From Myxococcota bacterium (GTDB lineage Bacteria; Myxococcota; Myxococcia; Myxococcales; Myxococcaceae), in contig JBMORE010000170.1 in NCBI GenBank assembly GCA_049322255.1, forward strand, positions 1 through 61,171: a DNA stretch of 61,171 nucleotides. Reading direction: 5' to 3'. Below the pieces are notes generated by a model. The model was not told where the DNA came from. It was given only the letters and a program-made list of their open reading frames with translations, and did not search any database. A program made the translations under genes and the position numbers. Positions 19,240 to 31,315 of this stretch are shown here, piece after piece. Numbering within the stretch: position 1 is the stretch's first letter; each line of letters begins with the position of its first letter.

Positions 19240-19610
19240 GTCGGCCGCTCCGCGCGTCCCGGGTGGCCGTAGTGTCCGAGAAGGCCTCGCAGCTCGTCGA
19301 TCGTCCACGGCTTTTTGAGCACGCGCGAAAATCCCAGCTCGCGAATCTTTTGTGATTGCTCCGGCGTCAGGTAGCTCGCGGTGATCAGCACCCGGGGAGT
19401 GCCTGGCCAGGCCTTCTCGATGGCTGGAGCGCAGCCGATGGCGTCCATACCTCCCAGGTTGAAATCCACCAAGAGAAGGTCGGGTTTGCCGCCGAAGGCC
19501 AGAAGCTGGCCTAAGTCCTGTGCTGCGCGGGCCTCACAGTCCAGCGCGGTAATCTGCCTGGCCAGAGCGCGACAGAGGAAGAGCTCGTCATCCAAGACGT
19601 AGATCATCAT
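19236..19610 (-). CDS. Single-domain response regulator
   Basis: YVLDDE, LLVDFNL, LITA, KKPW. Confidence 0.85.
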   Translation of the reverse strand: MMIYVLDDELFLCRALARQITALDCEARAAQDLGQLLAFGGKPDLLLVDFNLGGMDAIGCAPAIEKAWPGTPRVLITASYLTPEQSQKIRELGFSRVLKKPWTIDELRGLLGHYGHPGRAERPT

Positions 19611-19648
19611 GTCGAGCCCTGTTCGTAGCTCTTTTGGGGCCAGTGAAG

Positions 19649-20335
19649 TCAAGGAAGGCTTTCGAGAACGACGGCGAGCTCTGTTGCCCACTGACCATCG
19701 GGTTCCGCCTGCAGATAGCGCTCGTAATGTGTACGCGCGGAGGAGGGCTGGCGACGCTCTTGCGCCAGGAAACCCGCGAAGAGGTTCGACATGGGGTGCG
19801 CGGGGTCGAGGTGCAGCGCTCGCCCAATCGCCTTCTTGGCCTCTTTGGTACGGCGAAGCTCGTAGGAGCTCAGCGCCAGGCCGAAGTGCGCGTCTGCGCT
19901 CTTGGGGGCCTTGGCGATGGCGCGCTGGAAGAGCTTGCGAGCGACGGAGAAGCGACTTTTCTCGAGCGCGGCGAACCCCCGGCGCAAAAGGGACGTCGTC
20001 GCACCGACGCCCCGTACCTTCGGCGCCACGAAGCGGCCCTGGAACATCGAGAGTCGCGGCGCCGCGTTCTCGATGCGGCTGGGCGCCTCCGAAGGGCTCG
20101 GCGTAGGCGCGCTCGGCGCAGGGGCGCTCTTCTGCGCCCGGGGAGGGGGAGGGGCGTCCACCGTCGTCGCGTTTCCAATTCCGGTGGCCAGCAGGGTTCC
20201 CCCGATGGCCGTGCCCGCGACCGCGAATGCCAACACGCGCCATTTGCTCACCCGAAAAGTCGCCGGGGCCACCTCGGGGACGACATCGGGTTCCACGGCA
20301 GGAGCCAAAAACCACGCGGGTCGGGACCAAGTCAT
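19649..20335 (-). CDS. Membrane-anchored TPR protein
   Basis: TM segment, Pro/Ala linker, TPR helices (ADAHFGLA, YERYLQAEPDG). Confidence 0.8.
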   Translation of the reverse strand: MTWSRPAWFLAPAVEPDVVPEVAPATFRVSKWRVLAFAVAGTAIGGTLLATGIGNATTVDAPPPPRAQKSAPAPSAPTPSPSEAPSRIENAAPRLSMFQGRFVAPKVRGVGATTSLLRRGFAALEKSRFSVARKLFQRAIAKAPKSADAHFGLALSSYELRRTKEAKKAIGRALHLDPAHPMSNLFAGFLAQERRQPSSARTHYERYLQAEPDGQWATELAVVLESLP

Positions 20336-20348
20336 GGAAGCCTCACGC

Positions 20349-20879
20349 CTACGCTTGTCCCAGCGGGAGCGCGTCGAGAACGATGGCGCCCGATGCATCA
20401 CGCGCGACCGAGAGGGTTTCCGGGTGCTCCCGGTCGAATTGCTCGAGAAGCCGCTGTTGCTGGCGCATCACCGCCAGGAGGCGACGGTTCTGCCGCTCGA
20501 GGTCGAGCTTCTCGAAAGCGAGGAAGACGGTGACCTTCAGCTCGGCGTCGTCCCACGGCTTGGTGAGGAACCGGTAAATCTCACCCTGGTTGATGGCCTT
20601 GATCGCGGTTTCGACGTCCGCCTGGCCGGTGAGCATGATGCGAATGAGGTCGGGGTGGCGGTCGTGGACGAGCTTCAGGAACTCGAGCCCCGTCATCTGG
20701 GGCATCAACTGATCCGAGATGACCAGATCGATGGGCGTCGTCCGAAGCAGCTCCAGCGCGGCTTGCGGATCGTGCGCGAACACCACCTCGTAACCCTCTC
20801 TGCGCAGGCTGCGAGCGAGGGCGATGCAGATGGACACCTCATCATCGACGACCAGGATTCTACGGGGCGTTTTCTCCAT
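20349..20879 (-). CDS. Response regulator (REC plus short coiled tail)
   Basis: ILVVDDE, ISDQLMP, LTG, FLTKPW; AAAGGAG RBS. Confidence 0.88.
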   Translation of the reverse strand: MEKTPRRILVVDDEVSICIALARSLRREGYEVVFAHDPQAALELLRTTPIDLVISDQLMPQMTGLEFLKLVHDRHPDLIRIMLTGQADVETAIKAINQGEIYRFLTKPWDDAELKVTVFLAFEKLDLERQNRRLLAVMRQQQRLLEQFDREHPETLSVARDASGAIVLDALPLGQA

Positions 20880-20985
20880 GACGGCTCCTTTCACGACCAG
20901 GTGTTTCAAGTCTTGGACCAGCGGGCCGCCCTTGTGATTTAGCGAGGTTGGGAGGCTCGCCCCTGGGACAAGGGGCCGGGTGAAG

Positions 20986-22065
20986 TCACGGCGAACCCAG
21001 GCGCTCGAACGAGAGGATTCGCCCCTCGCGATCACCACGGAACGCGACGTGTAGGACTTCACCTACCTCTGGAACCGGCTGCCCATCGACCCATTGCTCG
21101 AGGTGGCCGAAACGCCCTCCGGGGACGGTGACGCGCATACGCTTCGTGCACGCCGCCTCGGGACAGGTCAAGAGCTCGAGCTCGATTTCGGTGGAGAGGA
21201 GCGTCGTGCCTCGCGCGGGGGGGAGGAGCGTCGAGGCAACGACGCGGGCAGTTCCCACCAGCGGTGACTCCGCCTCGGCCCGCGCCCCCAGCGGCACCAA
21301 CAGGCTCACCATGACCATCGCCAAGACCGACCGGCGCACCCGGAGGAGCGGTACGAGCGTCAACAAGAGCCATGCGGCCAAGCCGGTCGCACCCGCGGAG
21401 CACCCGACGGTCTGCTCCCACTCCTCCGGGCTGGTTTCCGTCGCCGCGCCCTGTGACGGATACAGAACCTCGAGGCCCGAGACGTCGTCGGCGGTCAGCC
21501 GTCGTTTCCCGATGTCTCCCGGCGTCGCGGTTGGATACATGATGGACTCGCGATCATCGAGATTGTGCGCAAGGCCCACGGCGTGACCCAGCTCGTGGGT
21601 GAAGGTGCCCTGAACGTCATATTCCGACGCAGCCCCATGGGGCTTTTGGATGACGCGGAATTTCTTTTTCGGGTTGAAGGCAATGTCCGCGTCGACGATG
21701 GAGTGCGAGCGGGTGTCCACCGTCACCACGGTGACCGCGAGAAGGTCGTCGTCAAAGGCCCAGTGCTCGGCGAGCAGAACGTCGTTCTGATTGGCTTCGG
21801 GTACGTCGAAGTCGTACCCCACTCCGCGGGTCTTTCCCTCGCGCATCGACAGGGACAGGCTGGGCGTTCCCAGGTCGAGTGTCTCCGCCGCGGTGCGAAT
21901 CGCCTCGAGGCTAGCGTCGTCTCCCATCCGCGCGGCGAGCTGGCGCTCGATGACGAGCTCCACGTTCTTCTTCCAGCGCACGACCTCTCCGGTCGAATCG
22001 CGCTTGAGCTCGAAGGCCGAGGCGGTGCAGGCCAACAGCAGGGCGGCGACGAAGAAAGGCCTCAT
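20986..22065 (-). CDS. Matrixin-family metalloprotease with an internal MYXO-CTERM-like signal and an extra C-terminal domain
   Basis: Signal peptide, HELGHAVGLAH, SIMYP Met-turn, VGCSAG...WLLLTLVPLLRVRR. Confidence 0.85.
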   Translation of the reverse strand: MRPFFVAALLLACTASAFELKRDSTGEVVRWKKNVELVIERQLAARMGDDASLEAIRTAAETLDLGTPSLSLSMREGKTRGVGYDFDVPEANQNDVLLAEHWAFDDDLLAVTVVTVDTRSHSIVDADIAFNPKKKFRVIQKPHGAASEYDVQGTFTHELGHAVGLAHNLDDRESIMYPTATPGDIGKRRLTADDVSGLEVLYPSQGAATETSPEEWEQTVGCSAGATGLAAWLLLTLVPLLRVRRSVLAMVMVSLLVPLGARAEAESPLVGTARVVASTLLPPARGTTLLSTEIELELLTCPEAACTKRMRVTVPGGRFGHLEQWVDGQPVPEVGEVLHVAFRGDREGRILSFERLGSP

Positions 22066-22742
22066 GGCGTCTTCTGGGCGTAAGCGTCACGGGGAAAGAC
22101 GCGGGACAGCTCGACCTCGAACGTCCAGCGCCCGCGCTGATAGTGAAAGCGAAGCCCGTTTCCGTCCTGGATGACGTGGCCCGGACCCCAGTATTGGTAG
22201 GCGCCCTCGAGCACCAGGGCGTCCCCGTGCAGGTGCCAGCGCCCGTGAACGGTCCCGAGCCGGTAGGTGCCATCCTCTTCGAGCTCGAGCTCGCTGAAGT
22301 GTGCACGGTCGGTCTCCAGACCTGAAACGACGTGTCGGGCGATGAGGTAGCGGCCCACCAGGGAGGTGCGCGGGGAGGGCTGCGCGTGAAGGGCGACGCC
22401 ACCGGTTGGAGCGATTTCCACCCAGCGCGCGTCCTCGGCAATCGCTCGAATCGAAAACCGGTATTCGGCTCCTTTTTGGTCGCGCACGAGGTACGACCGC
22501 CCGATGACCACCGGAACACTGCTGGACATCTGCTGCCCGGCGTTCTCCAGCTGCACGCCGTAGGAGGCCTCGATACGCAAGGGGAAGAAGCGAAGCTCGC
22601 TGCCCTCGATGCCCTGAAGGCTCAAGTCGGCGAGCGAAACGCCCGCCGGCCCAGTGAAGTGCAACACCTTCCCGTAAGCGGGTACGGAAGAGAGGAGAGC
22701 CAGCGAAGCGAGCAGTTGCCACAGACGTGCGAGTGCTTTCAT
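22062..22742 (-). CDS. Secreted hypothetical protein
   Basis: Signal peptide MKALARLWQLLASLALLSSVPAYG; ATGA overlap with the matrixin gene. Confidence 0.7.
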   Translation of the reverse strand: MKALARLWQLLASLALLSSVPAYGKVLHFTGPAGVSLADLSLQGIEGSELRFFPLRIEASYGVQLENAGQQMSSSVPVVIGRSYLVRDQKGAEYRFSIRAIAEDARWVEIAPTGGVALHAQPSPRTSLVGRYLIARHVVSGLETDRAHFSELELEEDGTYRLGTVHGRWHLHGDALVLEGAYQYWGPGHVIQDGNGLRFHYQRGRWTFEVELSRVFPRDAYAQKTP

Positions 22743-22845
22743 GCCCCGCGTCCAGTGCATGCGAAAGGCCAGGCCTAAGTGCTTGAAGAAAGGAGCGGGG
22801 GGGTGGGGCGGTCCTCGTGGCTGGGGCTGAAAAGACCGAGCTATT

Positions 22846-24360
22846 GTGGTGCTCGCCGTGCCCTTCGAGCCCGGACAGCAGGTTGGCCGCTTTCGCGTCA
22901 TGCGCCTCATCGCGCAGGGCGGCATGGCCGAGGTCTACGGCGCCGAGCAGGAGCTCACCGTGGGCATTTTCCGGCCCGCCGCGCTCAAGGTCATTCGCCC
23001 CGAGTACTCGGAGTCGCCCGACTTCCGCGAGATGTTCCTCGACGAAGCGCGCACCGCGTGCACCCTCTCCCACCCCAACATCGTGCACATCTACGAGGTG
23101 GGCGAGTTCGAGGGGTTGCTCTACATGGCGATGGAGCTGGTGTCGGGAGAAACCCTGTCCACCGTGGCCCGCGCGCTGCGCAAGAAGGGCGAGCGCTTCA
23201 CCGACGAGGCGCTGCTCGCGGTGGGCGTCTTCACCTGCGCGGCGCTCGAGGCGGTGCACGCGCTCACGCTGCCCGGGGAAGGGCACCTCAACCTGGTGCA
23301 CCGCGACGTCTCGCCCCACAACCTCCTGCTGTCCGCGAGCGGCTCGCTCAAGTTGATCGACTTCGGCATCGCCAAAGCAGCCACCAATCGAAACCTCACC
23401 ATGCCCGGGGTGACCAAAGGCAAGGCGGGCTACTTTTCTCCTGAGCAGGCGATGGGTAAGTCGCTCGACGGTCGCAGCGATCTCTTCTCGCTCGGAGTCA
23501 CCCTCTACAAGCTCGCCTTTGGCGCCACCCCCTTCGACGACCACGCCACCCCGGTGGAGCGCAACCATGCGCTGGTGCGCGGCCAGTGGAACCCGCTGGA
23601 GAAGGTGTGCGGAGGCCTGCCCAAGGGGCTGTACGAGGTGGTGAACCGCGCGCTGATGCTTCGACCAGACGAGCGCTATCCCAGTGCCAAGGCGATGCGC
23701 GAGGCCTTGGAGCAGGTGGCGCTGGAGTCGGGCATCCCCGTCGGCCCCAGCTCGCTCTCCGGGTATGTGGACGACAAGGGCGAGCTCACCGGCTCACCCA
23801 GCCAGAGGCGGGTCGCGCTCCAGTACGCCACGCAGATGCGTTCGGAGGAGGTGACGGTACCCGAGGCCAACCGGCGTTCGAAGCGCGAGAAGCGTCGCTT
23901 CGCCGCCGTCAGCGTGTCCGTCGCCCTGGCCGCGGTGGCCGTGGGCGCGGGCCTGGTGTTTCTGTTGGCGAAAGAGCCTCCCCCACCGCCTCCTCCTGCG
24001 CCCGTCGCGACTGTCCCGCTTGCCGTGCCGACGCAGACCGAGCTTTCCCCCATCGACATCGAGATTGTTCCCTCCAAGCCCAAGGCGTCGCGGCCAGCGA
24101 AACCTCCGGTGGCGGCGGCGCCAGCCCTTCCCGTTCCCGCGGGAGAGGGCCGGTTGCGCATCGGAGCCGTTCCCGACGGCACGGTGACGGTGGGCCCCGA
24201 GAAGTGGGGGACGACGCCGGTGGACCGCAAGGTTTCTTCCGGCCGGTACGTGGTGAGCATCGTGGGCGCGAACGGAAAGAGAGGCCAGTGCCAGGCGACG
24301 GTGATGCCCGACCGCACGACCATCCTCATCTACAACTTCGACACCGGCACCTGCAAATAA
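22846..24360 (+). CDS. Membrane Ser/Thr protein kinase with a PEGA-like C-terminus
   Basis: AQGGMAEVY, ALK, HRDVSPHN, DFG, SPE, TM, GTTPV. Confidence 0.93.
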   Translation: MVLAVPFEPGQQVGRFRVMRLIAQGGMAEVYGAEQELTVGIFRPAALKVIRPEYSESPDFREMFLDEARTACTLSHPNIVHIYEVGEFEGLLYMAMELVSGETLSTVARALRKKGERFTDEALLAVGVFTCAALEAVHALTLPGEGHLNLVHRDVSPHNLLLSASGSLKLIDFGIAKAATNRNLTMPGVTKGKAGYFSPEQAMGKSLDGRSDLFSLGVTLYKLAFGATPFDDHATPVERNHALVRGQWNPLEKVCGGLPKGLYEVVNRALMLRPDERYPSAKAMREALEQVALESGIPVGPSSLSGYVDDKGELTGSPSQRRVALQYATQMRSEEVTVPEANRRSKREKRRFAAVSVSVALAAVAVGAGLVFLLAKEPPPPPPPAPVATVPLAVPTQTELSPIDIEIVPSKPKASRPAKPPVAAAPALPVPAGEGRLRIGAVPDGTVTVGPEKWGTTPVDRKVSSGRYVVSIVGANGKRGQCQATVMPDRTTILIYNFDTGTCK

Positions 24361-24395
24361 CCCTCTCCCTCTGGGAGAGGGCAAGGGTGAGGGGC
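24361..24395. repeat. BoxC/REP-like palindromic repeat
   Basis: CCCTCTCCCTCTGGGAGAGGGCAAGGGTGAGGGGC between convergent genes. Confidence 0.8.
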
Positions 24396-24399
24396 GCAT

Positions 24400-25194
24400 T
24401 CACTGAGGCGCCGGCGGCGGTGGCGAAAGAAAAAAAACCACCACCCCCGCGGCCACCACTGCTGCCCCTCCCCCGGCCCAGACCCAGGGACTTTCGTACC
24501 AGGAGCTGGAGCCGACCACCGCCAGCTGCATCGGCTCTTGCGCGCTGGCGGCGGTGGTCAGCGTGTTTCCCTCCTCGTCGAGCGCTTCGGCGAAGTACCA
24601 GGCGGTGAAGGAGGCCGTGTCCTTTGGAGGAGGAATGCGCCCTTCGCACGTTTCTTGGGCGCAGGTCATCACCGCGGCGTAGTAGGGCCCGGTGGGAGAA
24701 AGCCCGTGGCGCAAGAGCACCTTCTTCACCACGCCGGTAGGGTCGAGCAGGCGGGCGCGGATCCGCTCCGGCGCGTGCTCATCGGCGGAAGGGAAAAGCG
24801 TCAACTGCACCCGCTTCGCCCGCCGCTGCCGCGCCGCCTCCAGGAAGGCCGCCTGCTTCGCTGGCGCCGAGGCCGGCAAGGAGAGCGCTGGATCCGCCTG
24901 CAGCGCTTCGGCGGCCCGTGCCTGCGCGGTCACCTCGTCGCCCAGCACCAAGTGAATGAAACCCAGCTCCAAGAGCGCCTGCGCGCGTTCGGAAGGAGGA
25001 CGGTCGGAAAGGCCCAGGTAGCGCTGGTACTCGACAATCGCTTCTTCGTAGCGCAGCTCGCCCGCGAGCCGGCGCGCGTCAGCCAAGCTCACCGGTGTAG
25101 CTGCCACCAGGGACATCGACGTCGGCGAAGCGGCCAACGGACGAGGTGCATCGGCAGTGCCGAGGGAGGCTGCGAGCATGAGACAAATCAGCAT
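24400..25194 (-). CDS. TPR-like protein with a C-terminal membrane anchor
   Basis: LRYEEAIVEY...ALLELGFIHL; WYESPWVWAGGG tail. Confidence 0.75.
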   Translation of the reverse strand: MLICLMLAASLGTADAPRPLAASPTSMSLVAATPVSLADARRLAGELRYEEAIVEYQRYLGLSDRPPSERAQALLELGFIHLVLGDEVTAQARAAEALQADPALSLPASAPAKQAAFLEAARQRRAKRVQLTLFPSADEHAPERIRARLLDPTGVVKKVLLRHGLSPTGPYYAAVMTCAQETCEGRIPPPKDTASFTAWYFAEALDEEGNTLTTAASAQEPMQLAVVGSSSWYESPWVWAGGGAAVVAAGVVVFFLSPPPPAPQ

Positions 25195-25286
25195 CGGGCG
25201 GGCAAGCAGCGTACTCCAGTTTGTACGCTTCGAAGCTTGCCGGGAAATAGTTCCCGGAATGAGCTGTGCAAGCGACTGTTGCGGGC

Positions 25287-29319
<4,033 letters not shown>

Positions 29320-29342
29320 CGATGAGTGAGGCGCTGCGCCCT

Positions 29343-29912
29343 CTATAGGGGCCCTGCGTTACCGGTGGAGTCGCTGCCGGAGTTCTCGTCGCCCATTTGA
29401 GGGCGATCGATCAGCGCCTCCACCATGCGCAGCCGACCACCCTGTCTCAAGCTCTGGTCTACGCAGTAGGAGCGCACGATGGCGTGAAGATCTTGATCTG
29501 CTTTTGGATCGTTGTCGCCGTCTGGATTGTCGAGGAGGTAGACGAAGACCCGCAGGTTGGGGGCAGAGTCGGAAACGCCCCCGAGAATGCACCTGGTGCA
29601 GTTCGTCGGGGGGTTGATGTTCGCCAGCACGTCGGTCTGCACCTCTGTTTCGGTGGCGAAGACGGCGGGCCAATCTTCTGTGTTTCTCGTCGTGCCGACC
29701 CATTGGGCTCCCCTGCGCAGGCCTTCTTCGGCGCAGAGCAGCGATTCTTTTTCACGCCGGTCGTCGCCGGCTGCCCGCATGGCGCTGGAGGCGTACGAGA
29801 GCATGATGCCGCCCAGAACAAGCAAGACCAGCACCACGAACATCGCTAGGAGGAGCGCCGCGCCTCGAGGCTGGCCAGCGGAACGGCGCAAGCTCGTTCG
29901 TCGCTTCGTCAT
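29343..29912 (-). CDS. pilX: PilX-like minor pilin
   Basis: Basic leader RG|AALLLAMFVV lacking Glu5; AEEGL motif. Confidence 0.75.
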   Translation of the reverse strand: MTKRRTSLRRSAGQPRGAALLLAMFVVLVLLVLGGIMLSYASSAMRAAGDDRREKESLLCAEEGLRRGAQWVGTTRNTEDWPAVFATETEVQTDVLANINPPTNCTRCILGGVSDSAPNLRVFVYLLDNPDGDNDPKADQDLHAIVRSYCVDQSLRQGGRLRMVEALIDRPQMGDENSGSDSTGNAGPL

Positions 29913-31315
29913 AACGTCGTCCTGGAAAGGTTTCGCAAGGATGCCTCACCCTGGAAGATTCGGTACCGGGCGTTGTCGACGATGTCGACCACCGTAGGAA
30001 AGGTTTCGTCCTCCAGAGGGCTCAACGAATTCTCGCCCGCGAGCTGAAACCCACCCCCCGAGCACCCTGCGGCTGCCTGGGCGCGGCCCAGCACCGTGAT
30101 GCGCACGCTCTTGAGCCGCTTCAGCTGATCTTTGAAGGCGTTCTGATCGAGGTAGTTGGGGTTGGGCATGCAGTTGTTCCAAGGAGCGGCTCCGCCGATG
30201 GGCGCGGGACACGGAGCGGCCCTCCAATCCCAGTCGTTGCGAGCTCCTGGATCATCCGCGGTGTGGCCGCTCTGATTGGTGTCCGTGGTGACCCCATCAT
30301 TCATGAGTTGGTCGTCGTTCGCGTCGAAACCGAAGGCGAACTGGATGTTGAGGAGGTCCTTGGCGATCATTTCTCCGGGAGGGGCAGCCCCGAGAGCGCC
30401 GCCTGGTGCCATGGTGATTGGATCCACCCGGTGGCGCTGTAGAAACCAAAGGTAGGTGTCGTCACCGGCGATTTTTGGGGTGGTGGCGGTTCCGACGGAA
30501 AAGCGCTGCGAGCGTACCAAGGAAACCAAAGAGCCGGCCTGGTACCCATCGTCGAGGGTGGTTGGGTCGTCTCCCGGCACGAGATTGGGTGTCAGGCCGT
30601 CGACGCAGCTCGAGCCGGCAAAGGAATCGCCCAAGGTGACGAGGCCTTCGTCCGCTGCGACGACCGAGAACGAAGTCACGCAGACGAGGCTTGTCTCCTG
30701 GCCGTTGGAGATGAACAACCAATCGTCTCGTTGCGGGGTCCAGGCGCCAGCGCCGGCCCCGATGCGAACGAAAATGTTGTTGCCCGTCGACTGGTCAGCG
30801 GGCCGGGTGAGCATGGTTCGTCTTTCTCTGTCGCCGCGGACGATGACGATGTTGTCGGGTTGAAGGCCGACATCCGGCAGGCAGCAAGAGCCCCACAGCC
30901 GCCCGAGCCCTCCTGCGCAAGCAGGACCCGCTGCAGCCCCCGGGACGACTTGGGCTGGACGCAACACACTGGCGGGCCAAACGGTGGCGAACGGCGCGGG
31001 CCAGCTCTGCGTGTGAACGACGCCGAAGTTGGAAAGGGGGTTCGCCCGAATGACGGGAAGGAACGTCACGTTTCCGTTCACGTTCGCTCGGAACACTCCG
31101 TTCGGCGCGCCGAAGCCAGCAAGACGCAGCTCGTTGGTCAGCACGCGCATGGCGAGTGCCGAGGAGGCGTTCAGGCTGGTGGTGCGCCGGTTCGCCTCGT
31201 GCTGGGAAGTGAAATACACCAGCGCCGACGCTGCGGCCGCCAGCACCAAGACCAGGATGGCGGAGCTCACCAGGACCTCGAGCAGCGTGAAACCGCCCCG
31301 ACGACGCATGGTCAC
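29909..31315 (-). CDS. pilW: PilW-like minor pilin (large, 468 aa)
   Basis: RRRGG|FTLLEVLV, ELRLAGFG, IQFAFGFD, VRITVLGR, C-terminal LRNL. Confidence 0.8.
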   Translation of the reverse strand: MTMRRRGGFTLLEVLVSSAILVLVLAAAASALVYFTSQHEANRRTTSLNASSALAMRVLTNELRLAGFGAPNGVFRANVNGNVTFLPVIRANPLSNFGVVHTQSWPAPFATVWPASVLRPAQVVPGAAAGPACAGGLGRLWGSCCLPDVGLQPDNIVIVRGDRERRTMLTRPADQSTGNNIFVRIGAGAGAWTPQRDDWLFISNGQETSLVCVTSFSVVAADEGLVTLGDSFAGSSCVDGLTPNLVPGDDPTTLDDGYQAGSLVSLVRSQRFSVGTATTPKIAGDDTYLWFLQRHRVDPITMAPGGALGAAPPGEMIAKDLLNIQFAFGFDANDDQLMNDGVTTDTNQSGHTADDPGARNDWDWRAAPCPAPIGGAAPWNNCMPNPNYLDQNAFKDQLKRLKSVRITVLGRAQAAAGCSGGGFQLAGENSLSPLEDETFPTVVDIVDNARYRIFQGEASLRNLSRTTL

